Of a stretch of 64,000 nucleotides of DNA, positions 1-13,299 are shown one piece after another. Position 1 is the first letter of the stretch. Each line of letters opens with the position of its first letter. The notes below the pieces were generated by a model. It was not told where the DNA came from. It saw nothing but the letters and a program-made list of their open reading frames with translations, and did not search any database. This DNA is from Eledone cirrhosa (lineage: Eukaryota), in NCBI GenBank assembly GCA_964016885.1, contig OZ024747.1, positions 65,968,001 through 66,032,000 on the forward strand, written 5' to 3'. The position numbers and the translations under genes were made by a program.

Positions 1-1160
1 TCCTCAACGGTCAGCCGGTGTGGGCCCCGTTTGTGAGGCGAGCCTTCCCACAGCTCGTCTCGCTCACCGAACTGCAATCCTGGGTGAAGCAAAGACCGAG
101 AAAACTGGGCAACTGGCACACCGAGTGTGCCCAGGCGCTCACGGCTATCTGGCAAGCGGACCCGACTATCAGTGGAGAATCCACCTCGACATTCTATAGA
201 GGGTTGGTGGCTAGCAAGGGCGACGACACCCTTGGAGAGTCGCTAGGCATGGAGGAGGACGAACTGGCCAGCCTGTTCGGTAGAACTTTCGGCCCGGGAC
301 CCATGGACAACTTCCAGAGGTCCCTAGCCTGGCAGTGTTACCGGGGGGCTCTGCCCGTTCGAGAAAAGCTCTACAGACACGGGCGCCCGGGCAGGGATCC
401 CGCGAAAAAGATCTGTCCCAGATGCGTACGCGACGAGGAAACCGTTGCGCATGCACTGGTACACTGCCCGGGCGTTGCCGATCTGTGGGGCTACGTCGAA
501 CGACTGCTGTCGCGTGTGGCGCCGATTCGATTAACCGCCGAGTCTGTGGTGAACATCAAGCCGCCTCCTCCCTTCAGAAATGAAGCAGAGGCGGTCTTTC
601 TGTGCGTAATAGCCATGATGAAAGAGGTTGTGTGGTGGACGCGCCTGAAAGGTCTGAGGTCGGGTGACTTTCTCTCCGGCCATCACCTGGTTTACTTCTT
701 CCGATACCACTTCGGAAGAAGGATCAGGATGGAGAGAGAAGTGCTTGGCCCCAGACAGTTTTATGAAAGGTGGGTGAAAGAAGCGAGAATGGCCCGTGTA
801 AATGGGCCTTCTCTCTATATTGTTCTGTAGGTGAAGAAGTGAAGAGGAAAGGGGGAGCGCCTCCTCTCTGGGCTTCCCCCGCGAAAAGAGTTGCACACTT
901 TTCGGGGGTATGTGCAATCCCCAACACGCCCCCTCCCTTTTGAGGACTTTTTATTGTTATATTATTATTTGACTTTGCCTTTCATCCTTACGGGGTCGAT
1001 AAAATAAAGTACTAGTAATGCACTGGGTAATTGCTGGCCTTGTGCCTAAAGTAGAAACAATTATTATTGTTATTCCTTTTTTCTTTACTCGATTTATGTA
1101 AACTCCCCCACTGTGTAAATGTCCCCTTCTTTTGTGCCCTCGTGGCAAATAAATAGAAAT

Positions 1161-1161
<1 letters not shown>
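1..1161 (+). mobile_element. Tx1-clade non-LTR retrotransposon, 3' part (ORF2 C-terminus to 830 plus 3' UTR), ending in (TATC)n
   Basis: ORF to 830 has a zf-RVT-type CPRC..ET..HAL..CP motif and aligns by eye with the C-terminus of ORF2 at 53475-56894; ends CCCTCGTGGCAAATAAATAGAAAT followed by (TATC)n at 1162-1217. Confidence 0.9.
969..1063 (+). mobile_element. 5'-truncated SINE inserted in the Tx1 3' UTR
   Basis: GACTTTGCCTTTCATCCTTACGGGGTCGATAAAATAAAGTAC...GCCTTGTGCCTAAAGTAGAAAC, near-identical to 61153-61241; TTATTGTTAT at 951-960 and 1064-1073 is a candidate TSD. Confidence 0.8.
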
Positions 1162-1217
<56 letters not shown>

Positions 1218-1219
<2 letters not shown>

Positions 1220-1420
1220 GCACAACACGCTCCTCGAGTTGAGGGTTGTTCTATCGACGGGGTATTAAACAACCCATTTGTGGCGCCTCCCCCCTATTGG
1301 GGATTTCGATTGTTGAAATTGTTTGTTTTTATAATTTTTACACGACTGTATGTAAAATCCCCGGCATGTCTTTGTATTGTCCCCTTTTCTTGTTGCGCCC
1401 TTGTGGCTAATAAAGAAATC
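1218..1420 (+). mobile_element. Second Tx1-like element, 3' UTR only
   Basis: Shares the CCCCCTATTGGGGA motif and terminal CCCTTGTGGCTAATAAAGAAATC with the other Tx1 3' ends; flanked by (TATC)n. Confidence 0.7.
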
Positions 1421-1705
1421 TATCTATCTACCTACCTACCTACCTACCTACTTATCTATATCTATATGTATGTATGTATTGTTTCGTCTTTTCTGGGACT
1501 GCCAATATATAATTTTTACTAAGAAAACCTTTTCCACATGGCATTATTAATTCGTATATTGTTTTTTATTTTACTTTCATTTGGTAGTATTGGAAATATT
1601 GCAAAGTGTTTCCCCCCTCCAATCAACACACATTTTACAGAAATCGAGTTTAGCTTTTTGCAAAAGGTATAGCATATTTTTGTAAACTTTATTCCTTCAC
1701 ATGAC

Positions 1706-2293
1706 ATTGTTGTTATTGTTGTAGTTGTTGTTGTTGTTGCTGTTGCTGTTGTCGTTGTTGTCGTCGTGGTTGTTGTTTTTGCTCCTTATGTTATCAGTAC
1801 CATAACCATCACCATCACCATCCTCTCAATCATCACTATCATCACTATCATCATAATTATCATCATCACCATCATCACCATCATCACTATCATCACTATC
1901 ATCACCATTATCATCATCACCATCATCCTCGTTATCATCACCATCCTCTTTATCTCCTCCTCCTCCTCACACAGACACCAACATCCCCACTGACACACAC
2001 AAACACACATACATTTACACACGAACTCATATACTCTCACACACACAAACTCACACACTTACGCACACACATACACGCGCGCACACTTACACACACACAC
2101 ACACTTCCACACACTTCCACACACACACTTACACAGATACACACACTCACACACACACACACTTACACAGACACACACACTTACACACAGACACACACAC
2201 TTCCACACACACACTTACACAGACACACACACTCACACACTTACACAGACACACACACACTTACACACAGACACACACACTTCCACACACACA
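1706..2293. repeat. Compound microsatellite (TTG)n/(ATC)n/(CA)n
   Basis: Directly visible. Confidence 0.95.
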
Positions 2294-2659
2294 TTCCAAA
2301 TGCCTCTGTTTAAAAGCTTCTGTTCTGATGTATATACATTTGATATTTTGTCATTTTGTTCTTTTTCTAGAATGTTTGCTTTATTATTTAGTTTTCAAAA
2401 TCTACATTTATAATTGCTGCTCTGCTTCAACGTTTTTTTTATGTAGGGCAAACATCTTTATTTTCACTTTCTGAAGTTGTAGATATTCCTCGTAAACTTG
2501 GATATCATTTGAAAACTTTATGTATTTATTCATTTATTTATTTTCGAGGTCTATTCCCCCATGTGTGCCAAATGCATTTATATAGCAGTTCATTATTCCG
2601 ACAAACATAAAGCAGTTTTATGTACCAGTCATATTCTGAGATTGATATGCAAAGGACGT

Positions 2660-3140
2660 AATTTTCCGGGTTCAATCCTACACTGTAGCGTCTTAAGCAA
2701 GAGTCATTGACCAACCATGCCTTGTGAGGGAAATTGGATAGATAGAAACTGTTTGGAAGCCAGTCGGACGGACAGAGCTAGTATTGTCACTCGTTGTTTC
2801 ATGCTGAATCTCCCTGAGAATTAAGTAGACGTGTCTGTGGAATATTCAGCTAGCTACACGCTAATTTCATGAGCAAACTCTTCCGTTGATTGAACAACTC
2901 GAACACTCATCGTCGAAACTGACGGACATCCATTCATTCCATGTGAAATTCAGTAAGAACTGTCTCTTCCATTTCGGCAACACATCTATTCAACAAGGGG
3001 TAGATTCGTTTGAGCATCGGGTTAAATGCCTTGTAGTCTTTGTTCTAGCTCTCTGCACACTGAATTCAAATTCCCCTGGCGTCAACTTTGATTTTTGTCT
3101 TTTTTTGGTTGATGAATAAAGCACCAGTCCAGGGGCAGTG
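2660..3140 (+). mobile_element. Cluster of decayed SINE and LINE-tail fragments
   Basis: B-box-like GGTTCAATCC near 2669; 2777-2932 resembles 33485-33641; 3000-3140 resembles the main SINE. Confidence 0.5.
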
Positions 3141-3399
3141 GGTTGGGAGAATTTTTAAAGCATCGGATGGGATGCATCATGGTATGTTTCTGAGTTTATA
3201 TCACCTCATTGCAAGCTATTGTGGAGTTTCCTTCTTTTGCATTTCTTCCCCAATTTTTTCTTTTTCTTTTTGCCATTATAATATCGTTAACGCATTTTGA
3301 AAATATTCTCTAACCTTTATTTTAAGTATTAAACTAAATATATAGTCTAGTTGGAAATATCGCAGTCGTCTACCGTTTCTGTTGTTGTTGCTGTCTATA

Positions 3400-4240
3400 T
3401 CTATATATCTAAAACAGAGAATGTCTGTTTGTCCTCCTAAAACTCGAGAACCACCCAACCAATTTTTTTCAAACTTTACACATGTAATACTTATAGTCGC
3501 GTGAGTGTTTTGAGCAAAAGATATTTCAAATTTCCAATGCCCTAGGGACCGCATTAGGCGAAAACCATATCTTTTAGGTTTTAAAGGCTTTTTTGAGGCA
3601 TAACGGAACAATAAACCAGGCGATTTCTTCAAAATTTGCATTACTTATGTCGTTTAAAGTATTTTGAGCGAAAAAGATTTTCTCATTTTTTTGCCCCAGA
3701 GACCGCATTAGGCGAAAAACCGATGTTTTGAAGCATTTTGGTTGCGTTAGGGCCTGTAACTCGGGAAGTACCCAACCGATTTTTTAAAACTCTGCATATG
3801 CATTACTTATGTTTCACAAATTTTCTTGACTGAAAAGATTTCAAATTTTTACCCGGGGACCGCATTGTTTAGCATTGGTTGCGTTAGGGATGCAACCTTA
3901 AAAGTATCCAACTAAATTCCTTTATGCTCTCCACCACTGCAGTTCCACATGCTTACTGCTCTGTAACTATTGCTTTCATTGTACCATAGCACAACAAATA
4001 CATGTTCGGTTTGTCGAATGCCTTTTTACTTAACCCTATCGTCTTGGCTTTCGTGGGTTGAACATTTTACTCTCAGGCATCCAATTAAGTTAAACCCCTG
4101 GTAATCTACGACGAATTTTTTTATAAGCACAAAATGTAGATACCATCCCCAGGCCGAGGTATTCCGTACTGTTTCAGAAGGAGGGATAAACATGCCAATC
4201 TATGTTTAGAATCCCGAGCAACGCCGGGCCATTCTGCTAG
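3400..4240 (+). mobile_element. Non-autonomous Helitron
   Basis: Starts A|TCTATATATCT; ends with hairpin CCCGAGCAACGCCGGG then CTAG|T; internal imperfect tandem repeats (GGACCGCATTAGGCGAAAA). Confidence 0.8.
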
Positions 4241-4256
4241 TTAGATACTATATATA

Positions 4257-4482
4257 AGGTGGCGGATAGGTAGAAAGGTAGAATTGGTAGAGCGTGCGTT
4301 AAAATACTATTGCGGTCTTTGTTCTGGCTCTTCACATTCTAAGTTCAAATCCCGCTAAGTTTAATTTCGCCTTTCATCCTTCCGGTGTCGATGAAATAAG
4401 ATACCACTCAGGTTCTAGGGTGGATTTAATCAGTTTTATCATTTCTCCCAAATTTACTGTCCTTGTGTCTAAGTTAGAATTC
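4257..4482 (+). mobile_element. tRNA-derived SINE (Meta-domain-like core)
   Basis: AGTTCAAATCCC B box followed by GCCTTTCATCCTTCCGGTGTCGATGAAATAAG. Confidence 0.75.
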
Positions 4483-5000
4483 TAAATGGGATACTGTATA
4501 CCACCTAGTATTAAGCGTAAATTCTGTGAAATAAACAGTAAAAGCTATCCATTATGTTAATGAAAAAAAAAATGAGATAAGTTGATAAATAAGCTGAGCT
4601 TCAAGCAATTTACATCTACGACTGAAAATTTTGATTCACTCATTAAAACAATTTTCACATGGCTTACGGATGTTGTTTTGTTGTCAAATGAAAGGATGCC
4701 TCATTTAAAATATTTTTTTATTTTACTTCAATCCTTATAATTACAAAACAGTCGAGTGTAAAAGAAAAAGAAACGATGCCGGTTTAAATAAGCGACAGTG
4801 GTATAAAACCTACACAAATATTAAACAAGCGGAAAAAATACCTAATTGAAAAAAAAAATTCCAAAACTAAACAATAAAAAAAAATATATATAAAATAGAG
4901 AACATCTTATAAAAAAAACTATTGTATGCATGGTCTGTTTTTTTTTTGTTTTTATATCAAGAAATATATTGGAAAATGTAAAATTAGAAAGAAAAAGATG

Positions 5001-5001
<1 letters not shown>

Positions 5002-5031
<30 letters not shown>

Positions 5032-5146
5032 CTTCTTCTTCTTCTTCTTCTTCTTCTTCTTCTTCTTCTTCTTCTTCTTCTTCTTCTTCTTCTTCTTCTT
5101 CTTCTTCTTCTTCTTCTTCTTCTTCTTCTTCTTCTTCTTCTTCTTC
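5002..5146. repeat. (TTC)n microsatellite
   Basis: Directly visible. Confidence 0.98.
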
Positions 5147-5324
5147 CTTGTCCTCCTACACTATCCTACCTCATACCACCCTCACAGTACTTCTTATCGA
5201 TGATATGTATTAAAGAAACTAAAGAATAAAAGATATATCCATCTATTGTGTGATATATATACACTATAATGTACTTATCAGTTAGAGCGGAGTATATAAT
5301 ATCATCTCATATATATATATGTGT

Positions 5325-5400
<76 letters not shown>

Positions 5401-5409
5401 GATACATGA

Positions 5410-7714
5410 ACACACGCACCCTCTACCACAAACCTAATGAAAATTTAAAATATATAAATAAAGGCTCTTGCCATCCTCCTATAGTTTTTAAAAACCTTAT
5501 CCCTAATATTAGCCGCAGGATCTCTACCCTCTCTTCCTCAGAAGCTATTTCCAATAAGGCATCCCCTACTATAATAAAGCCCTTCAAAATAGCGGATTTA
5601 GCGAACCGATTAAGTACATACCCAACAATACTAACTCTTTTAAACATAATAATAGGAAAAGAAAAATAATCTGGTTCACACCCCCTACTCTCTAGCAGTT
5701 AAAACTAATGTAGGCAAAAAATTCCTAGAGCTCTTAGATAAACATTTCCCTAGAACACATAGATACTATAAGATCTTCAATAGAAACTGTGTCAAAATTA
5801 GCTACTCCTGCGGTCCCCCTATTAAATCTTATATCATCAATAAGAAATCACCTAGCGAACATCAAAATTGCTCCTGTAGAGTCAAAAGTGAATGCCCATT
5901 ACAAGGTAAATGCAACACCAAAGCCATTGTATACGCGGCTAAAGTGACAACCATCAGCAACAACCAAACAGCCACCAGTGAGTGATATGTGGGTATGACA
6001 CAAGACAAATTCAAAACGCGTTATTACTCACATGTCGCATCTTTCCGACATCCAGAAAAAAGATTCACAACAGCTCTGGCTAGCAGAATATGGGAGTTGA
6101 AAGACCAAGGTATCCAATATAAATTGGATTGGTCAATTTTGAACCAATCTAAAGAATAGGCAAGAGGAACAAGAAGATGCACACTCTGCATAAGTGAAAA
6201 ATATTGGATTTTACAAAACCTTAAATCACCAAAAACCTGCCTAAATACAAAAACGGAAATTTTCACCAGTTGCCCACACATGAAATCACACTTGCTTTCC
6301 AGCTCATATAAACTTAACTCACTTTCAGATACTTATCCTCCATAAACTCTTATTCTTCACTTTCCTTAAATTATTCTCTTTACAGACTTCTCTTTCTGAT
6401 TTACTTTCATTTTTAACTTTATTTTTAATTTTATTTTTATTTTTACTTCACATCCACCAGTAACCCCCCCCCCTACTCTTCGATTCACTTACCTAATAAC
6501 TTCACATTCCACATGTTACTTCCCCATTTTCTTTCACTACCTGATTTTAGTTGTCACTTGCGTTTTCCACTCCAGATATGTTCTGTTGTTTCGCAGCAGT
6601 TTTTATATTAGTACTCATTTATTTATAAGGCTGCTTTATACTCTGTATCTATATGTCTGAGTGTGTTTATGTGTGTATACGTTCTATATATGTATACGAG
6701 CGCCTCTGTATGTGTGCGTGCGTACGTGTATATATATATGTGTGTGTATGTGTGTTTTTATATCTATGTTTTTACATCTATGTTTTTTACATTCTTATTT
6801 TTACGTGCGTGCGTAAGCGAGTGAATGTACGTGAATGTGTATGTATGTATGTATATATGTATACGTATGTATGGGTGTGTATGTGTGTGTATATGAAATT
6901 ATAGTCACGTACGTACGTGTGATTAGATATACATGGGACGAGATATATATATATATATATACGTGCCTCGTGTGAATGTATGTACGCATACATGCGCTTT
7001 TGTCTGTACGTATTTGTGTGTATAAATATTTTTATAGATATATGTTATTTATAGATATATGTGTATGTACGTGCGTCCCTATGTTTGTTTTCTTTTCTCT
7101 AGTGTTAATTGATTACTTTCTCTTTCATTTAAAAGTTTTTTCATTCTCATATACTGTTTCATTTTTATACATATATCGAGAATGACACTTCTTTTCACTA
7201 TTACACTCCCTTCCCTCTTTATCTTCCGCATATAAGTGACCGCGCGTGTGTGTGTGTTTATACGCGTGCTTTCATACTCGTATGTGTATTTAATACCTGT
7301 ATCTAGATGCGTGTCAACTATATCATCATCTCTTTCAACTCATATTATATCCGTATTTGTGGTCACATATACACAAATATACTTGCCCTCATATATGTAC
7401 TTACGCACACATTTTCACCATACTCATGCATTTGTACATACACACATATGTACATTTGTGAGTGTATATACGTGCATATACACATACCTAACTATATTTC
7501 CTTATATTTTTTGTATATTTTTCTATATTTTTTAATATATCTCTTGCATTACTTTTATTTATATATTTTTTACATTTTTTGAGGAGATTTTCCAAATATT
7601 TCACTATGTTTTATGTTACCTTGTCCGACGAACGAATGAGGATGTTTTTTTCGTATTCGTCTTATTCGGGAAACCTCTGGTAATGAGGTAATTATATTGT
7701 ATTGTTTATTATAC

Positions 7715-7718
<4 letters not shown>
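5410..7718 (+). mobile_element. 5'-truncated Penelope-like element (Naiad-like): RT thumb and GIY-YIG endonuclease remnant, long 3' UTR and pLTR
   Basis: Hand translation of about 5419-6317 gives YHKPNENLKYINKGSCHPP..., IIWFTPPYSLAVKTNVGKKFL, CSCRVKSECPLQGKC..IVY..YVGMT..FKTRY..H, CTLCISEK, CLNTKTE..CPH, with a frameshift and two stops; flanked by (TA)n. Confidence 0.85.
7616..7691 (+). ncRNA. Type I hammerhead ribozyme, CCGACGA (U4C) core
   Basis: Stem I TTACCTTGT/ATGAGGTAA, core 7625-7631, stem II CGAATGAGG/TCTTATTCG, GAAA 7670-7673, stem III CC-TCT-GG, GUA site at 7680-7682. Confidence 0.7.
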
Positions 7719-7799
<81 letters not shown>

Positions 7800-7870
7800 T
7801 GTAGTTTCCGTTGAAAATTGAAAAAGTCATAGGAGTGAAGAGTGCTCTATGTAAGTACCAGAGCAACATT

Positions 7871-9326
7871 TAATGTATAATAAACAATACAATATAATTA
7901 CTTCATTACCAGGGGTTTCCCGAATAAGACGAATACGAAAAACGTCCTCATTCGTTCGTCGGACAAGGCAATTTAAAACATAGTAAAATATTTGTTTCGA
8001 CGGACCAACTCCTAAACAAGAAAGATGAACTGGTTACTGCATGTAAACACAGATTGCGTAGGACTTACCTCGCCCTCAAACCCCATAATGACCCGAGGGG
8101 GTAGACTAGGGCTATAACACCCCACTTGCCGATTTTGTAATGGGTAACCCCTGCTTGCTAAGATAGACGTAAGATCTTCTCTTATATCTTTTTATCGCTT
8201 CCTCTATATTTCCTTCTTCCCCCCATCCCTCCCTAGTCCTTCCACCCCAGTTCTCTTTCTTTGTCGTCGTCTTTTTCTCGCCCACCCGAGGCAGCCCCTC
8301 GGTCCTTTGTAGCCTCAATACCCCCACCCCTTCCCCTATTCTATGATAGATTTGGCCGACTCCGCTTTTTATAGCAGATGTGTTAGACCCCGGATACTTG
8401 CCCTCCTATCCGACCGCTGCCTCTTTTCCGTGCTTTCTATATTTCTTAGTGGTATCTTTGCTTTAATTTCTCGTTTATCAGTATTTATTTTTTTTTTGGG
8501 GGGGGGGGTTCTGAATTAATCTTCCGTATCAAATTTTTACATTTATTTCGTACGAGCTTTTATGTAGCTTGCACTAGAACTTTTGTATCGTGGCGGCACC
8601 CTTAGAGATAGTATTAGTATTCTTTTTCGGGACTCTGAATTATTATTTCGTATTAGTTTACTTTTTTTGCACTGGGTGGTTGCTGGCCTTGTGCCTGGGG
8701 TAGAAACCTTTATTTATTATTTCGTGGTAGTTTCTTTAGTATTTTGGCCCCTCACTTGTTGACCCGTCACCGTAAGATATACTCGGTTTATTACTTATAC
8801 CTCTTAAAAGGGTCTCATTATAATTCCGTCCCACCTAGTATATTTTTTTAGCCCAGCAGTACTAGTGAGAGACTTAAGTCGTAGTAAACAGAAATTGTTT
8901 ATTTATTTATTTATTTATTTTTTTTTACATTTAATTGCCTTTTAACACTCTCAGTATTTTTCTATATATTTACCCCTTATTGTTCTACTTATTGTTTCGA
9001 CTTCCCCCCCCCCTCCCTAGTATCTTCTTTGACCTCATGCCCAGCTGTAGTCGGCACTATCAACGCATGAATGGGTCTCCTCCACCCCCTCTCCCTCTTT
9101 CTCCTATTGGCAGGTTTAGCTACCTCTTCCCTCCACAAATTGCCATCATAGAATTATTATGTCTCAACAACAAACTTTTGACCAATCCTTGTGACAATCA
9201 CTTTGACCATATATGGAATTACCCCTTGAGAAGCTCGGCTATTCAAATACCAGGATAAAAATGTTCATTTAGTCCAGAATTAGCCGTCGAAACGGCTTGA
9301 GCTCTGCCGTCGAGGTTCTACTCGTT

Positions 9327-9329
<3 letters not shown>
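7871..9329 (+). mobile_element. Inverted pLTR copy (7871-7993, with minus-strand hammerhead 7898-7971) joined to the 3' end of another PLE
   Basis: 7871-7993 is the near reverse complement of about 7594-7718; about 8008-8104 encodes LLNKKDELVTACKH, a Naiad-type C-terminus; ends in a hammerhead then (TA)n. Confidence 0.7.
9221..9316 (+). ncRNA. Type I hammerhead ribozyme, U3-A8 variant (TTGAGAA)
   Basis: Stem I ACCCC/GAGGT (GGGGT in sister copies), core 9226-9232, stem II CGGCTA/TAGCCG, GAAA 9289-9292, stem III CGGC/GCCG, GUC at 9309-9311. Confidence 0.7.
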
Positions 9330-9387
<58 letters not shown>

Positions 9388-9433
9388 GTAATATATATAA
9401 TATATATAATATATATATAATATATAATATAAT

Positions 9434-9940
9434 ACTCTATGATTAATAGGGACAAAATAATCTGAATGAATTAGATTGACTCTATAGCAGAGCTATATAA
9501 TACATTATAAAAAAAGAAGAAACATTAGACATAGAGAAAAAGAAATATAAATACCCAATATTCCTCTACATTCTCGACTGTACAGTTTCTCAGCTACTTT
9601 GTAAAAACACTACATCATAGAGATGCAGTATTTCTGTGAGGTTTGCCAGCTTATCAAGAGAATACCTCATTTAAAGTTTCAAAATACGCCTGCAAGGCGC
9701 GAGAGAGAACTCGGAAAGGCCGAGAGGGAACTTATCACGTGATACAGCGCTCTAGAAACTGTACAGTCGAGAATGTAGAGGAATATTGGGTATTTATATT
9801 TTTTTGTTTATGTCTAATGTTTCTTCTTTCTTTATAATGTATTATATAGCTCTGCTATAGAGTTAATCTAATTCATTCAGATTATTTTGTCCCTATTAAT
9901 CATAGAGCAACGACGGTTAAGGTTGCCACCACACAAATTC
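9434..9940. mobile_element. Fold-back non-coding PLE-type insertion in (TA)n
   Basis: Inverted arms about 9434-9590 and 9755-9907. Confidence 0.75.
9568..9665 (-). ncRNA. Type I hammerhead ribozyme, U3-A8 variant (TTGATAA)
   Basis: Minus strand: GTATTCTC-TTGATAA-long stem II (ACTGCATC/GATGTAGT)-GAAA-CT GTAC AG-TC-GAGAATGT; 8-bp stem I; base of stem II imperfect. Confidence 0.65.
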
Positions 9941-10026
9941 AGGGATATATGTGTGTATATGCATGTATATGTATGTATTCGCATGTATCTGTGTATTTCT
10001 TTTTATTGTAATATAATATATATATG

Positions 10027-10075
<49 letters not shown>

Positions 10076-10254
10076 TGTGTGTGTGTACTGTAAACGTACG
10101 TCAATGTTAATATTTATTATTTGTATTTACCCATCTATTTTTCTATCGTCTAACTATCTACACTTGTCTGTTCACCATCTAGGTGTTTATAAACTTCGCC
10201 TCTCTCGGAATATATACAACCATAACATGAGATAGGATTATCTGTAAATATATA

Positions 10255-10382
10255 TGTGAGTGTGTGTATGTTTATGCATGTGCATGCACATACACAAGCC
10301 TGTGCGCGTGTGTGTTTTTATGTGCACACGTACGTACGTGTTTGTGTGTGCGTGTCTGTGTGTGTTTGTGTGTATGTGTGTG

Positions 10383-10458
<76 letters not shown>

Positions 10459-10472
10459 GTGTGTGTGTGTGT
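10255..10472. repeat. (TG)n microsatellite
   Basis: Directly visible. Confidence 0.95.
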
Positions 10473-10798
10473 AAACGTACATTTATACATCGGTTTCGTA
10501 TTTTCACTATACATATATACTTGATTCTAACATAATGAAATAGAATTTCGCCGTAAATTAAGAAGAAATTTAAGCAGTTCGAAAATTCTTTAGATTTCTC
10601 ATTTCTGGTAAATATTAGAAGCACTGCAAGTTGTTAAATAAACCTTGTTCTTATTGGTTTTCTAAGAGGTTTCGTTGACCAATTTAATGTAACAGTATAT
10701 TCTATCGCCTTAAATAGTTGAACGCAACCTCGGATTCATATTTAGATTTCTCTCGCTTTTTTTTCATTCATTCGCTGTTACTATTTTCAATAAAAATA

Positions 10799-11164
10799 TC
10801 TTCTTCTTCTTCTTCTTCTTCTTCTTCTTCTTCTTCTTCTTCTTCTTCTTCTTCTTCTTCTTCTTCTTCTTCTTCTTCTTCTTCTTCTTCTTCTTCTTCT
10901 TCTTCTTCTTCTTCTTCTTCTTCTTCTTCTTCTTCTTCTTCTTCTCCTCCTCCTCCTCCTCCTCCTCCTCCTTCTTCTTCTTCTTCTTCTTCTTCTTCTT
11001 CTTCTTCTTCTTCTTCTTCTTCTTCTTCTCCTCCTCCTCCTCCTCCTCCTCATTCTTCTTCTTCTTCTTCTTCTTCTTCTTCTTCTTCTTCTTCTTCTTC
11101 TTCTTCTTCTTCTTCTTCTTCTTCTTCTTCTTCTTCTTCTTCTTCTTCTTCTTCTTCTTCTTCT
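10799..11164. repeat. (TTC)n/(TCC)n microsatellite
   Basis: Directly visible. Confidence 0.98.
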
Positions 11165-12252
11165 TTGCCTTCCCTTGGTTTCGAATCAAAAATTGACATG
11201 AAGAATCATCCATCTTTAAATGTTCATATTATTTATTTTAAAATAATATATATATTGAAATAGGGAACAAAACATATAATGAATATTTTGAAATATTTAA
11301 TATATATTTTAATATTTTTCTTTTGCCAACCCATCATTTAAATTTAGTAATTATCATAGAAACAGTTAAATATTATTCTCAGGCTCACTGAAGTCATCTC
11401 CATTGTTATGTTGGTCATTTTCGTTACAGTAATTGTGGTTGTGTTGGTGATGCTTGTGATGGTATTGTAGTAGTATTAGATACTGCAACCCAACACAACA
11501 ACCAAACAAAAATAAGTACGTCATGCTTATTACACAAAATATATTTTCTAATCCAAGAACAGAATTACTGAACAGAAGGAATAGTATTTTGAGTCTTTGC
11601 AAACACGTGACAAAATATATGTTAACGCTTTTGATGCCAACTTGCCTGAAACGATCCCTGATTTTATGAGACGAAACTACCCATTTAAAAAATATTCATA
11701 CTGATATTAAAACCTTCCATGATACTTTCATTTAAGAAATGTCTGTTAAATTATTTTAAAAATGCCTGAAGGGTAATGCAAAACCTAGTTATTTTATTAA
11801 ACTCTTTTTAAAAATAATTTTCAACATAAATTCAAAGATATTGAATTCAAAATGAATAAAATCCCATAGGCGGCGTGCTTCATTAGAAATACAGTAACAA
11901 CAGGACAAAATATACAAATACAGACAGATTGGAGTTCATAGTATCTGAACACACCGTAGGTTATGAAAAGAGTGACCTCCCATTGATTCTAGAACAGGTA
12001 ATAATATGCATTAATGGCCAACAAAAGATTCGGCAGTCCATCATGTGTTCTCAACCAAAAATATAAGACAGGCATAGGTAACAATTCTATTAACCATCTC
12101 GTCTGTCTCATCATTCAATTCCTGACGTCATTCTCATTGCTCTATAAATATATACGAAATCTCTTGATGTTTTTATCAATCAACATAAATAACGACGATA
12201 AACTCCAACTCACTTACACACACATACTCACACATACTCACACATTTACAAA

Positions 12253-12341
<89 letters not shown>

Positions 12342-12409
12342 AAAAAAGGAAAAGAATGACTTCACTTGTAGATCTAAACAATTTGATTTAATTTTATAAT
12401 ATTATGAGT

Positions 12410-12770
12410 TGGTAGATCTAGTATTTCCCCTTTTTTAATGATAAGGATATCCAGAAACGGTACTTCCCTTTTATTACATTCCATGTTGAATTTTATTGCT
12501 TTGTGAAGATTGTTTATGATGGAATGGAATCTTTGCAGGTCTTCTTGGCTTCTATTCCATAAGATGAAATAGATGTCTAGGGTTCTTTTAAGGTCTTCTC
12601 GTCCAGTGCCACTTGAAGGGTGGTGTTTTTTCCCCTTTTTTCTTTCATTTGGTGGGAGGCACCTTGTCCTAAAATATAATTCCCATTTGAGAAAGCAGTG
12701 TTTCTGTTGTGGCAAATATTCTGTTCGCTGGCATTTCATGTTGATAGTTTTCTGAGCGGTAGTATTTTGT
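12410..12770 (-). pseudogene. PLE reverse transcriptase fragment
   Basis: FILWNRSQEDLQRFHSIINNLHKAIKFNME..EVPFLDILI parallels FILWQED..INNIDNNIQFTME..LAFLDILI in the 37004-39151 ORF. Confidence 0.7.
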
Positions 12771-12786
12771 TAATATATATATATAT

Positions 12787-12933
12787 ATTCTATTCTATTT
12801 CTAAGGCGGGTAAAATTCCCGAGATCCATGGACGAGTTCTCTCCAGCGGTCTCTGTCCCTCATTATCGCTGCCATGTCCTTCGTCTCCAATGGACCAGTG
12901 TCTGTCCTTAGGGCATCAACATACGTTAACCTT
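12787..12933 (-). mobile_element. 3' tip of an RTE-like LINE with (AATAG)n tail
   Basis: Minus strand reads RLTYVDALRTDTG..MRDRDRWRELV then stop, then AATAGAATAGAAT. Confidence 0.6.
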
Positions 12934-13044
12934 ATATATATATAAATAGAAGGGGTATTTAATTTGTTGGAAATCCGACAAATATAAATATAATTTTTTA
13001 TAACTGATTTAGAGCACTCAACAGTTTCCTGGAGTAAATATTCA

Positions 13045-13299
13045 ATGATGTTAAATAAATGGAAACTATATTTATAAAACCATATTTATTTTATTATATA
13101 TATTTCAAGGGTACCAAAACACTTTGGTACGCTCTCTTCAGATAAAATACAAAGTTTGTTTTTTAAATAGAGACATGCCCAGGAAAATCATACCTTATCA
13201 GTTGGATATTCTGTGGATAGAAAAGTGTTTTGGTACCCTTGAAATATATATAATAAAATAAATATGGTTTTATAAATATAGTTTCCATTTATTTGATAT

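Noticed and set aside
5983-5985. In-frame TGA in a Naiad-like endonuclease as possible selenocysteine
   Set aside because: It is not at a Cys-motif position, and the same copy has a TAG (6157-6159) and a frameshift, so decay is the simpler explanation
11870-12142. Candidate minus-strand exon after a TTTATAG acceptor
   Set aside because: Early stops in all three frames
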